Source of the DNA: Octopus sinensis
Lineage: Eukaryota
NCBI RefSeq assembly: GCF_006345805.1
Contig: NC_043014.1
Location: forward strand, 38,750,001-38,814,000
Length of the DNA stretch: 64,000 bases
Direction: 5' to 3'
Shown here: positions 49,978 through 63,390 of the stretch, in pieces
Layout of the letters: each line of letters starts with the position of its first letter
How positions within the stretch are numbered: position 1 is the stretch's first letter
Program-made: the position numbers and the translations under genes
Notes under the pieces: generated by a model
What the model saw: the letters and a program-made list of their open reading frames with translations, nothing else
Told to the model about the DNA's origin: nothing
The model's database searches: none

Positions 49978-50368
49978 GGCGCAGGAGTGGCTGTGTGGTA
50001 AGTAGCTTGTTTACCAACCACATGGTTCCGGGTTCAGTCCCACTGCGTGACACTTTGGGCAAGTGTCTTCTACTATAGCCTCAGGCCGACCAAAGCCTTG
50101 TGAGTGGATTTGGTAGACGGAAACTGAAAGAAGCCCGTCGTATATATGATATGTATATATATATATGTGTGTCTGTTTTTGTCCCCCCAACATTACTTGA
50201 CAACCGATGCTGATGTGTTTATGTCCCAGTAACTTAGCGGTTCGGCAAAGAGACCGATAGAATAAGTACTAGGCTTACAAAGAATAAGTCCTGGGGTCGA
50301 TTTGCTCGACTAAAGGCGGTGCTCCAGCATGGCCACAGTCAAAGGACTGAAACAAGTAAAAGAGTAAA
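49978..50368 (+). mobile_element. SINE family A, full length
   Basis: Family consensus. Confidence 0.9.
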
Positions 50369-50708
50369 TGTCTGCGTGTGTGTCCTTTATACAAATCCAC
50401 AATTTTTCAGTTAGAGGGCTCGCACTTTCTATGGTCATTCAAAACCGTCCAAGGGTGGTCGTGCACATCTTTACATTTCCCCAGTCACCCCGCAAAGCCA
50501 TTAAAAAATCAATAGAAGTGACTTTTTTGTGAATTTTCTATCCAAAACCCAATCAAAATGCCCGAAACCTGATACGCCAATTGAATGCCAGCTAGCTGTA
50601 TGTGATTGGTCGGTGATTTGGACAGTACTCATGTGTATGTGCGCACGCACGCAGCTGTATATGCATGCACTAGCAGTATGACCCTGCGTTGCTGGGTCAT
50701 AGTGCTAG
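50369..50708 (+). mobile_element. Non-autonomous Helitron (3' end clear)
   Basis: Hairpin tatgaccc-tgcgttgct-gggtcata (50677-50701) followed by gtgCTAG|t. Confidence 0.65.
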
Positions 50709-52930
50709 TACATAATAAAGCATTAAGGAAATCCAGCTCTGTTTTATTTTCTTGTGAAGTACTATTCAAGAGTAATGTCTTCAGCAGTGCCATAATGACC
50801 TGAGTAACAGAATAAGACTATTCTTATATGAGGCCCAGTCTTTATTGCCAACGGATATTTGTCCTCAAGATGAGGACAAATATCCATCGAATGTAAATAA
50901 TGTAAACAATGATCTGGTGCTTTGATTTTATTCTGTAAGTATATTATGCAAACAGTATATACAGGTAAATACTAATAACCCATTTGTAAATCATATGTAG
51001 TAATTACTAAAATACTGAGTAGTCTGAAATGGGAGCTTACATGATACATCCAGCCTGGGTCTATTATCAATAGAAATGGCAGTGGGGCAACTGACATTTT
51101 ATATCTGACCTGGGCCCATTACTAGCTTTGTATAGGTACACTAGTAACCACACTGCATCTCTTTAGTCACTGCAACAGTACTGAAAACCAGCAGCAACCA
51201 TTAAACAGCTAATGCTGTATCTCTTGCCACAAGAACTATACTTAGTAAAATCCTACTAATATTCTAGTAACTATGACCAATTAACAAGCATCACTAAATC
51301 TTTTCAGACAATACTGATACTAAGATACCATTGCATAACAGTATCTCTCTTTAGTATCAGCAATGTGATAAGAAGATATCACAAGTTCATTAGTAATTGC
51401 AAATATTGAACGGTCAACACTATAACTCTTCAGTCACAACAATTGTATTAATTCTTTTGTTACCATATTTCTGCTAAAATAAACTCGCTTTGTTATAATT
51501 AATTTTGAAAATAATACAGAACTGAGTGAAACAGCTTTGTCATAATTAAGCTAACATTTGCAACATAAATTAACATGAAATTTTGATGTAAAGTTTTAAT
51601 TAAGAGAATTTTAGAACGAGATGCTTGTAATTACAGAACCAGGGGACAGTCTCAGGTGGGTTAAGATGCTACAGTTTGACTAGTAACAAAAACCACTACC
51701 AAACAGTCAACACTGTACATCTTCAGTCACAATAATTACACTAACATGCTACAGGTTCAATAGTCACTACAGCCGCCGAACAGTCACCTACCTCTTTAGG
51801 TGCAACAACTGTACTAAGACAACAGCAAGTTCATTACTAACTGCAACTACTTTAAATAAGAAACACTCTGTCATTGGGTATTGTTGTAGGCAGCTTTTAA
51901 TTCAAACATGTTCACGTCAGTTTGAGTTGTCAAAGCTGGACTCTATTGTGTTTATTAACAAATATCATTTGCCAGAAAAGCATTTTATTTTTTTACTTTT
52001 TTTCACTAACGATGACTCATTAAAGTATGTAAGCAACCTCTCATTATTACAACAGGTTTGAAGTATTGTATGGTCAGCCAAAGTGGTAAGCTAGTAGACT
52101 ACAAGCTCAAAACTTCCAAATAGAAGACAACTATAGGTATATTGTGATCTGTTTCTGAGGCCTCAATACTAAAGGTTACCTTGGTGTGAGAAACAAATTA
52201 TAGGTGAAACTTTTAGTACATTTACTGATGGAAGAGACTTGTTGCCTGTCTCAAAAATAATTTTGTAGCTCATTCACTTAGAGAAACAGAATATCACAGA
52301 AACTTCTAGGAAATTTACTGATAAAGGAGACTTGTTGCCTGTACCAAAGAAATTTTGTAGCTCATTCATTCCACAATACAAAATCTTGAGATAAATACTA
52401 GGCCTACTAAATGTATAAAGTTTCATTTAAGGATAAGTTAAATTTTTTTTGTAGATTGTTCGGTAGTTATTTCCAAAGCCAATGATCTCTAATGCAATCT
52501 CCTTTTCATCACAGTAAATAAGAAATTATGTGGGGGAAAAATAAACAAACAAGATTCTTTTCCATGCCTGCATGGATCTGATGAAACTTATTAAGGTAGG
52601 TTTTCTACAGCTGGGTGCCTTTCCTGTTGCTAACCCTCGCCTGTTTCCAAAACGAGGTAATATTTCTCCTTGGACAGACATTTATTCATTGAAGAAGAAT
52701 GGAAGTGAGTGCATGACAGTGGCAATCATTCACAAGTATCACACAAAACCAAAACAGGGAGACACAAACAGCCACTCAGACACACACACACACATGCAAA
52801 AAAAGCATCATCATCATCATCATTTAACATCCACTTTTCCATGCTTGCATAAATCGGACAAAATTTGCTGAGGCAGATTTTCTACAGTTTGATGCTCTTC
52901 CTGTCGCTAACCTTCATCTGTTTCCAAGCG

Positions 52931-53133
52931 AGTAGCTTGCTTACCAACCACATGGTTCCGGGTTCAGTCCCACTGTGTGGCACCTTGGGCAAGTGTCTTC
53001 TACTATAGCCTCGGGCCGACCAACTACTTTAAATAAGAAACACTCTGTCATTGGGTATTGTTGTAGCCAGCTTTTAATTCAAACATGTTCACGTCAGTTT
53101 GAGTTGTCAAAGCTGGACTCTATTGTGTTTATT

Positions 53134-53169
<36 letters not shown>

Positions 53170-53384
53170 TGTGTGTTTGTGTGTCTGTGTTTGTCCCCCT
53201 AGCATTGCTTGACAACCGATGCTGGTGTGTTTATGTCCCCGTTACTTAGCGGTTCGGCAAAAGAGACCGATAGAATAAGTACTGGGCTTACAAAAGAATA
53301 AGTCCTTGGGTCGAGTTGCTCGATTAAAGGCGGTGCTCCAGTTTGGGCGCAGTCAAATGACTGAAACAAGTAAAAGAGAGAGAG
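52931..53384 (+). mobile_element. SINE family A with a 122-bp captured local segment (53021-53142)
   Basis: Captured segment equals 51844-51965 apart from one visible substitution. Confidence 0.9.
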
Positions 53385-53949
53385 ATTATAAAAGAAATTA
53401 AAATTTTGATGAGCTAAAATGGTTTAAAATCTCTTACACTAAAATATAAGAAAAGATGACATTTGGACATTAAAAAGACAGAGAGCTGGCAGAGTCGTTA
53501 GCATGCTTAGCAGTATTTTGTCTTTATGTTCCGAGTTCAAATTCTGCCAAGGTTGACTTTGCCTTTTATTCTTTCGGGGTTGATAAAATAAGTACCAGTT
53601 GAGCACTGGGGTTGATACAATCAATTAGCCCCTTCTATGGTATCTGCTTGCCTTGTGCCAAAATTGTGCCGATATTAGGACACTGTTTGTTTCAGTGCTG
53701 TATTCATTCAGGGATCTAAATGCTGACGCATGCCCATAGAAAGATGCTGGGGTTTAGTGTCATCCCCCCACCATCACCACTTGTTTTATGATCTTTTACC
53801 AACTGGACTAACTCAATAACCTCAGTGGTGGTGGCCGTGGTAGTAGTGGTGGTTCTCTGTAAAATAATCAACTATTTAATCCTTTGTACTTGCAGTATAA
53901 TAAATATATCAACAAATGTGAGAAAAATAACCTTACAATAGGCTTGGGG

Positions 53950-54245
53950 GAGAGAGAGAGAAAGAGATAGAGAGTGTGTGTATGTGAAAAAGAAAATATG
54001 TGTGTACATATGAGAGAGAGTGGGAGTGAGTACAAAAGTGAGTAGAGGGATGCATGAGTGATGGGTGGGAGTACAAGAGTGAGTGTGAGTGAGAGAGAGA
54101 GAGAAAGAGATAGAGAGTGTGTGTATGTGAAAAAGAAAATATGTGTGTACATATGAGAGAGAGTGGGAGTGAGTACAAAAGTGAGTAGAGGGATGCATGA
54201 GTGATGGGTGGGAGTACAAGAGTGAGTGTGAGTGAGAGAGAGAGA
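53950..54245. repeat. Two 143-bp tandem units of GA/GT-rich sequence
   Basis: aaagagatag at 53961 and 54104. Confidence 0.9.
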
Positions 54246-54302
54246 AAATATCTTTCAGCTCCGCTCTATGCTGTTTTTTTTTTCTTCAACAAGGAAGCAA
54301 AG

Positions 54303-54717
54303 CTGTTAAGTTAAGTTAAGTTAATTTTTTGTCTCAAAGAGCAAAAAGCAAGGCCATGTAGGGGGACATGGAGTTATGTACAGAGTGGTGCTCATGCAAA
54401 GAGTTCAGGCCATTTCTGGTCAAGGGAGACTTTAAACCAAGCGCTCGTCGGCATCTTCACTATCTCGTCCGGCAGCTTATTCCACGGATCCGCAACACGG
54501 ACGGAGAAAGCCCCTCTCCTTCGATTGAGATGAAATCATCGCAGATAGAGCTTTTCGGAGTGACCCCGCAGCCGACGCTCTGGAGCAGGAGTGAAGAACA
54601 GCTCTTTCGAGAGGTTACACTTTCCGCTTATTATATTGTGAGCAAGAATGAGATCACCACGGCGGCGGCGTTTTTCTAGAGAATAAAGGTTGAGCGTCTT
54701 CAGCCTTTCTTCATAAG
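54303..54717 (-). mobile_element. CR1-clade LINE 3' end, 5'-truncated
   Basis: SYEERLKTLNLYSLEKRRRRGDLI...RLRGHSEKLYLR*FHLNRRRGAFSVRVADPWNKLP..., the typical CR1 ORF2 C-terminus; tail (TTAAC)n. Confidence 0.9.
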
Positions 54718-56306
54718 ACAAATGCTTGAGACCAAGAAGAGGAGAGCTCTAAATGTGATTACAACTGAGTTGCTAGAAATATCAGCCAAATCTCTCTCAA
54801 AGCATTTGGGGATGCACTGAATAGTGAAGTCTACTAGCCAAAAAAAAAAAGAGACAGGGTGCTCACAGTTTGAATGCTTTTGATCATAAGTATTTTCAAT
54901 CGGGGCTGACCTGGAGCTAAACAACAACAATAATTGATTTACTCCTTTACTTTTACTTGTTTCAGCCATTTGACTGTGGCCATGCTGGAGCACTGCCTTT
55001 ATAGACCCTAGAGTTTATGCTTTGTAAGCCTAATACTTATTCTATCGGCCTCTTTTGCCGAACCGCTAAGTTACAGGGATGTAAATACACCAGCATCGGT
55101 TGTCAAGCGATGCTGGGGGGGGGACAAACAGACACACAAACATATACACACACATACATATATATATATACACACACACATATATATATATATACACACA
55201 CACACACATATATATACATATATATATATACAAACACACGCATACACACGCACATATATATACACACACACACACATATATATATACACACACACACATA
55301 TATATATATACATACACAATAAAAATATATTATACAATAAAAAGCATTGTTTTCTAAAAGCTGGTTGTTGTATCTAAAATAAAATAGCATTGCTTTCTAA
55401 AAGCTGAAGTGATGTAGTTTCAAATCAAATCCTTTTTTTTATTATTTTACAAAATCATTATTAATAAAAGAAATCTAGAGTGGCAAACTGGCAGAATCAT
55501 TACTGCACTGGACAAAAAGCTTTGGACCATTTCCTTTAGCTTTCCCCATTCTGAGTTCAAATCCAGCCAAGGTTAACTTTACCTTTCATTTTTTTTTTTT
55601 CAGGGTTGATAAAATACCAGTTTCCAAAACCTAAATGGGTATTGTTTTAAACTAAATCCTTTTTTATTAATTATTAATTAATTAATAATCATTATTAATA
55701 AAAGAAGTCTCGGGCAGTAAGCTAACAAAATTATTGCTGTACCAGACAAAATGCTTAGCAACATTTTTTCTAGCTTTTCACATTCCAAGTTCAAATGCCA
55801 CCAATGGCTGGTTAACTTTGCCTTTCATTCTTACAGGGTTAATAAAATAAGTACCAGTTGAGCACTGGAGCCAATGTAATTGAACTGGGCCCCTCCTCAA
55901 TAAATCTTTAGTGCCCTTAGTAGAAAGCATGATTAGTAAAGGAAATCATTAATTCTGCTTCTGTACTATATTTGTACCAGCATTCTTAGACTTGCTGATA
56001 TTTTTCAGCACTAATGATTATGATCTGGAAACTTGGTCCATATTAATTCTTGTGAAATAGACAACTGATCCATAATGATTCTTGACAACTTTTTCTTTCC
56101 TTTCATTTATTTGTCTATAACAAGCCTTGTTATTTTAGAAACGGAAAGTACATAACCTGACTGGAATGAAGATGGCATGTTCTGATATTAACCCTTTTGA
56201 TTGATATCAATCTGCTTGACAAATCTCCTGGTTCTATGATACAAATTTACCACTTCAAAGTGACCTAAATTTAAACTTTCCATCAAACTTTCTTGTTAAT
56301 TTATTT

Positions 56307-56706
56307 GAGTGGCTGTGTAGTAAGTAGCTTGCTTACCAACCACATGGTTCCGGGTTCGGTCCCACTGCGTGGCACCCTGGGCAAGTGTCTTCTGCTATAG
56401 CCTCGGGCCGACCTAGGCCTTGTGAGTGGATTTGGTAGACGGAAACTGAAAGAAGCCCGTTGTATATATGTATATATATATATGTGCGTGTGTGTTCATG
56501 TGTCTGTGTTTGTCCCCCTAGTATTGGTTGACAACCGATGCTGGTGTGTTTATGCCCCGTCACTTAGCGGTTCGGCAAAAGAGACCGATAGAATAAGTAC
56601 TGAGCTTACAAAAGAATAAGTTCCAGGGTCGAGTTGCTCGATTAAAGGTGGTGCTCCAGCATGGCCGCAGTCAAATGACTGAAACAAGTAAAAGAGTAAA
56701 GAGAGA
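56307..56706 (+). mobile_element. SINE family A, full length
   Basis: Family consensus; partial minus copies at 54942-55145 and 57533-57740. Confidence 0.9.
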
Positions 56707-56718
56707 GTGTCTGCTTAA

Positions 56719-57320
56719 CCATTTAGCATTCAGATTACTCTACCAAATGTAATGTTTATTTATTAACATTGTTTTGAATTAATTATGCATTCTATTGTAG
56801 TTTAGAAATTTCAATGGTGTGATTGTTTATTTTTAGAATAACATTGTAAGGTAGGTATGAGAGACAACTGGATCTGGGCAGTTTGAACATCATCATCATC
56901 ATCCTCATCGTTTAACGTCCGTTCTCCATGCTAGCATGGGTTGGACGGTTCGACCGGGGATCTGGGAAGCCAGAAGGCTGCACCAGGCTCCAGTCTTATC
57001 TGGCAATGTTTCTACAGCTGGATGCCCTTCCTAACGCCAACCACTCCGTGAGTATAGTGGGTGCTTTTTACGTGCCACCTGCACAGGTGCCAGGCGAGGC
57101 TGGCAACGGCCACAGTCGGATTGGTGTATTTTATGTGCCACCGGCACGGAAGCCAGTCGAGGCGGCGCTGGCATCGGCCACGAGTCGGATAGTGCTTTTT
57201 ACATACCACCAGACCAGGGATCCTGGCTGGTTCAATTCGATTTCGATTTCGCTTGCCCCAATATGTCTTGAAACTAGTAAAATATTTGGGCTGCATTTGG
57301 CCAGTTTAAATGCTAAAGGG
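56719..57320. mobile_element. piggyBac-type MITE family 1 interrupted by a family D retroposon (56889-57230)
   Basis: TTAA|ccatttagcattcag ... aatgctaaaGGG|TTGA. Confidence 0.7.
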
Positions 57321-57973
57321 TTGATAATGGAAAAGTTATTTTATTAAATTCCAAATTATTTTCAAAATTGAAACAAAGGCAATTTATTTCTACAGAAATA
57401 TTGTAATGAAGGCATTAAAGAATTCTGATTTTGATCATGTTACTTAAAAAATGAATCAGCATTATTTTTCACAAAACTCAAGTGGAAACATTTTCAATAA
57501 AATCTTCCAATTCCTCTCTCTCTATCTCTCTCATTACTCTTTTACTTGTTTCAGTCATTTGACTGTGGCCATGCTGGAGCACCGCCTTTAGTTGAGGAAA
57601 TTGACCCCAGGACTTATTCTTTGTAAGCCTAGTACTTATTCTATCGGTCTCTTTTTGCTGAACCGCAAAGTTGCAGGGATGTAAACACACCAGCACCAGT
57701 TGTCGAGCGATGTTGAGGGGACAAACACTGACACACAAACTTATATATATGAATAAATAAATAAATGGAGTTGAGGAATTTTGTTAACATCTTCGTACAA
57801 CTCCATTTATTTATTCATATATAACACACAAATTTCTGCACACGAACCCAGAGTTTCTACCTTTGGATAGGTCGCTTCAACCGTGTTTCTGACGTGAATT
57901 TGCTACCCTGGTATCGGTTCATCGAATTTTCCATGTTGACGGTAAACATAGGATAATTCATTCACCTATCGAA

Positions 57974-58045
<72 letters not shown>

Positions 58046-58306
58046 ACGGCCTTCTTTCAGTAAGATTGTGGTTTCAATTCCTGGACCTGGCAACATGTGT
58101 TCTTGAGCAAAACACTTCATTTCATGCTGTTCCAGTCCACTCAGATGACAAATATTAGTAATCGTGCAACAGACCAGTGTCCCATCCAGGTGGGGAATAT
58201 ATAAGATGTGGAAACCAGGAAACTGGCCTTACAACAGGCTTCCTCCAGTTTTCATCAACCAAATCCACTCAAGGCTTTGGTTGACCTGAGGCTATTATAG
58301 TAGAAG

Positions 58307-58694
58307 GTGGAGGCGCAATGGCCCAGTGGTTAGGGCAGCGAACTCGCGGTCATAGGATCGCGGTTTTGATTCCCAGACCGGGCGTTGTGAGTGTTTATTG
58401 AGCGAAAACACCTAAAGCTCCACGAGGCTCCGGCAGGGGATGGTGGTGATCCCTGCTGTACTCTTTCACCACAACTTTCTCTCACTCTTACTTCCTGTTT
58501 CTGTTGTACCTGTATTTCAAAGGGCCAGCCTTGTCACTCTCTGTGTCACGCTGAATATCCCCGAGAACTACATTAAGGGTACACGTGTCTGTGGAGTGCT
58601 CAGCCACTTACACGTTAATTTCATGAGCAGGCTGTTCCGTTGATTCGGATCAACTGGAAACCTCATCGTCGTAACCGACGGAGTGCTTCCATCC
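58307..58694 (+). mobile_element. SINE family C, tail type 2, 10-bp TSD, nested in an older SINE A
   Basis: TSD ATAGTAGAAG at 58297-58306 and 58695-58704. Confidence 0.9.
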
Positions 58695-59364
58695 ATAGTA
58701 GAAGACACTTCACCAAGGTGCCTTACAGTGGGACTGAACCCAGAACCATGAGGTCGGGAACAGGAAACTGGCCCTGTGTGTGTCTATACATATGACTTGG
58801 GAATGAACTTAAAAAGACAAAAATATACATAACAGGCTTCTTTCAGTTTCCATCTACTAAATCCACTCACAAAGGCTTTGGTTGACCTGAGGCTATTATA
58901 GTAGAAAACACTTGACCAAGGTGCCTTACGGTAGAACTGAACCTCAAACCATGTGGTTGGGAAACGAGGCAATGTGATTTAGATAAAACACCAATTCTAG
59001 TTTTTGGTAGATATTTAACAGCCTTACTGAAATAACCTTGAAATCTAATTTTGTAGTTTAAAGGTTAATGGAGCATGGAAGTCGTCAGAGACTCCCAATG
59101 GTTATGCTTTTTTATAGAGCTTCACATTACTGTGGTTTTAACTATGTAACTCGAATTTTATTAAATGTACAGAACATATGTTTCTTTGTACTTCTCTGAC
59201 GGTTTTCAATTTGAATGAATAGAAGCTAAGACCGGGTAAGAAAGGTGCAAGTCATTGTCGTCGATTTTGTTGGAGCACTGTCTTTCATAGAATAATTTTT
59301 TTGCACAAAAGAAACCATTAATGCATATAACATAATCTCTATATATAATCTGAAATATAATAAT

Positions 59365-59731
59365 GAACCACATGGTTCTAGGTTCAGTCCCACTGCATGG
59401 CACTTTGGGCAAGTGTCTTCTACTATAGCCTCGGTCCGACCAAAGCCTTGAGAGTGGATTTGGTAGACGGAAACTGAAAGAAGCCCGTCGTATATATGTA
59501 TATGTACATATATGTATGTGTGTGTATATGTTTGTGTGTCTGTGTTTGTCCCCCACCACATTGCTTGACAACCGATGCTGGTGTGTTTACGTCCCTGTAA
59601 CTTAGCAGTTCAGCAAAAGAGACCAATAAAATAAGTACTAGGCTTACAAAAAATAAGTCCTGGGGTCGATTTGCTCGACTATAGGCGGTGCTCCAGCAGG
59701 GCCACCGTCACATGACTGAAAAGAGTAAAAG
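59365..59731 (+). mobile_element. SINE family A (diverged copy follows at 59748-60070)
   Basis: Family consensus. Confidence 0.85.
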
Positions 59732-60136
59732 TGTAAGAGTATAAAATGAGGTATGGCTGTATGGTAAGAAGTTTGCTTCCCAACCACATGGTTCCAGGTT
59801 CAGTCCCACTGCACGGCAACTTGGGCAAGTGTCTTCTGCTATAGCTTCAGGAAGTGGGGATGTTTGTGCCTTTGTGCTGGTGTTTGTCCCCACCACTGCT
59901 TGACAACCACTGTTGGTGCGTTCACGTCCCCATAACTTAGCAGTTCAGCAAAGGAGACTTGAAAAATTAAGTAAACACTGGGACCGATTCATTCAATTAA
60001 TAATTCTTCAAACGGGTGCCACAGCAGGGCTACAGCATGGCCACAGTCTAATGACTGAAACAAGTGAAAGATATTAGATAAGATTATAAGACCAGCCGTA
60101 AGGATATGAACCAAATGAAATTTAGCTATTTCTAAC

Positions 60137-60529
60137 TCTCTTTACTCTCTCTCTTTTACATGTTTTAGTCATTTGACTGTGGCCATGCTGGAGCACCGCC
60201 TTTAGTCGAGCAAATCGACCCCGGGACTTATTCTTTGTAAGCCCACTACTTATTCTATTGGTCTCTTTTGCCGAACCGCTAAGTGCCGGGGACGTAAACA
60301 CACCAGCATCGGTTGTCAAGCAATGCTAGGGGGACAAACACAGACACACAAACACATACATATATACGACAGGCTTCTTTCAGTTTCCGTCTACCAAATC
60401 CACTCACAAGGCATTGGTCGGCCCGGGGCTATAGCAAAAGACACTTGCCCAAGATGCCACGCAGTGGGACTGAACCCAGAACCATGTGGTTGGTTAGCAA
60501 GCTACTTACCACACAGCCACTCCTGCGCC
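60137..60529 (-). mobile_element. SINE family A, full length
   Basis: Family consensus. Confidence 0.9.
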
Positions 60530-61324
60530 TAACTGGTCCAACAGCCATACAAAGTCTCACTTTTTCACTCGTCAGTTTTACAGCAGTGAATATGTGAACA
60601 TAGATCCATGTCAAATCCTACCCTTAGAAAGAATGCAAATCTAAGGTTGTTAAAATACCCAAATGATTATTTCCCTGGCTATTTTTGTCCCTGGCATCTA
60701 GGACATTTGGGTACTGTGGTGTGCAGAATTTAATGTATTGTCTGAAATACACAAGGAAATACTCAAGATTGGGACCAAAGGCCTGGAAACTAATGGTTTG
60801 TTGTAAATATTCACACAGTCAATTCATTAGATTTTTCATTTTCACATCTCATACCGAGGAAGGTAATCTAAAAATAGACCAAGTTCACACCAATAACTAG
60901 AATGTGTGAGAATGGAAAAGGTGAGAGAGAAAGGGAGGCAATGAAAGAGAGAGAGAGAAAAAGCAAGAGAGAGAGAGAAAGTGAGAGAAAGAGAGTTAAA
61001 GTGAAAGAGAAGGCATGTTAATGTGAAACAGAGAGAAGAAAGTTGAATAGGAGACATAAAAAAAAATATGTACACTTTACCTCTACCTCTCTCTTTCTCA
61101 ATGCAAAAACTAGACAAACAACAAAAACTGTAAAATTGGTGTAGCAGACGGGGGTGGGAGCGTTGAAGGGTGGGGAGAACAACAAAATGTGAACATGTTG
61201 CACATTAATAATGGTCAAGCTATAGAACTGATTGGTCCAAAAATAGAAACTCATGTAGGAATTCTCAAAACATGTAGAAATGCATGCATACATACCTACA
61301 TGTTTTGAAAATTCTTTCATACAT

Positions 61325-61383
<59 letters not shown>

Positions 61384-61959
61384 TATAGTCAGCCACACAG
61401 ATAAATTATATATACCGTGTTTCCCCAAAAATAAGACCTACTCCTAAAATAAGCCCTACCGTGATTTTTCAGGATGTTTTTAATATAAGCCCTACCCCAA
61501 AAATAAGACGTAGTCAAAAATGCATCAGCTTGTTAGCAAGACCCTGTGGTGTTTGTTTGCAAAATAAACCAACTACCGCAGTTTGGCTAAAGTCTGTGTC
61601 AAGCACACATGTACAGAGTCGACTCCATTGTCCCCCAGGCAAGATGAGTGCAAAAAGAAAGAGTTATTCCACGGAGTACAAGAAGAGAATTGTAGAAAAG
61701 TCACATAGGAACTTACAGCTTTCTGTAAGGAGAATGTTGGATATCCGAATGGTTCATAAATGGCAAGTAGAGTACGATGATCTCAGCAGAGAGGTGGACG
61801 AGGGAAGTGCTAAGAACCACAAGTGTGGATCAGGTTGACAATCATTATTTTCAGAGCTGGAAGATACCAGCTCGGGATGGATTGTTGACAGAACAAAGGC
61901 TTTGATTGTACACAGGGCTGATATTCAAGAATTTGCTCTTGCAAAGGCACCACAGTTGG

Positions 61960-62298
61960 CGGTGCTTCTACAACGGTGCTTAAGGTGTTTCGGTCATGCG
62001 GCCCGGTGTCCAGAGGGTGAGCTGATTTGCGATGTCCTCCTCCCACCTCCATTTCCCAGCTGACGCAAACGCACCGGTGGGCAGCTGAAGACCTGGGCAA
62101 CGACGATAAAGGAGGACCTCTCTGAACTCTCAGGTCCACAGGTGGTCGGTCTGCGCAGATGGAACCGCGAATGGCTCGCTATCTCCAGTGACCTCGCACA
62201 GGACCGTCGACCATGGTTCGTGATGCCATTAGGAACAGAGAAGCTGGCTCAACCCGCCATGGATGAATGACATCACAAGTAAAAGTACAAGTAAGTAT
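61960..62298 (+). mobile_element. RTE-clade LINE 3' fragment inserted in the transposase
   Basis: RCLRCFGHAARCPEGELICDVLLP..RKRTGGQLKTWATTIKEDL...DLAQDRRPW; CAAGTA-type tail; TSD AGTTGG at 61954-61959 and 62299-62304. Confidence 0.85.
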
Positions 62299-63267
62299 AG
62301 TTGGATGTACCCCTAGAGATATTCAAAGCATCACTTCATTGGTTGGATAACTTACTTCGGTGATATGAGCTCTCTCTAAGAAAATCGACAACACTGTTCA
62401 AGTTGGTGGATGCTGAAGTGATTCAGCGTGCACTTTCATTCAAGTCCTTCGTTGATGGCATCGACTTTTCTAAATACAATCTCTCCAATATAATTGCTAG
62501 GGATGAGACTACAGTATTTATGGGCCAAGGATCTAAAATGACAATTAAACAAACAGGCACCTCGTCAATTTACGTTGCCTCAACAGGTTATGAAAGTGCA
62601 AGAGTTAGTTGTATTTTAGCAAAAGTCCCACCGCTTACCATCACAAAGGGTAAAAAAAAAAAGGAGAAAATGGAACAAGTTTCAGGCATTAATGTCCTCG
62701 AAATGGAAAAGGTTTGGTGCACACAAGGTGATATAAGAAAATAGGTTGATTTAACTATGCCACTTGTTTTATGTGGTTCTCAAAAAGGTATTTTAGTCTG
62801 GTATTTGGCCAGTACTCATCACGCAAAAGATATGAAAACCTTCCTTTCTGAAAGAAAAATTGACCACATAATTCCCATGGGAATGACTTCATATCTACAA
62901 ACATTTGATCTTGTAATAAACAAGCCCTTCAAAGATTATTTGCGGATGGAAGTGAATGAATATATTGAACATAGAATTGAGAGAAATCAACATGGAAACT
63001 TTGTCAAACCCAACCTCCAAGAATTGGGTGAAGAATTCATGGAATAAAATTAACTTCAGATGTGTTGCCAATGCACTACATGCAGGGTACTTGGGCAAAA
63101 AGTGTTCATTTAAGGAAAGTTATATTGCCAAGCATGAGAGATTGGGGTTCATGATTCTATAGGAAATGGATTTGCAAGAAATTCAGTCTGACGTTCAGGG
63201 TTTGATTATTTATGACGAAGTTCCAAAAGAGTACTTGACTAAAAACAATAAGCAAATAAATAAGCTT

Positions 63268-63390
63268 TTGATAACTAAAAACAATTTTTACTATTTTTTT
63301 GATAACTAAAAACAATTTTTACTATTTTTTTTGATAACTAAAAATAATTTTTACTATTTTTTTTTTGATAACTTAAAACAATTTTTACAA
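63268..63390. repeat. ~30-bp tandem repeat (tgataactaaaaacaatttttactatttt) x4 inside the transposon 3' UTR
   Basis: Directly visible. Confidence 0.9.
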
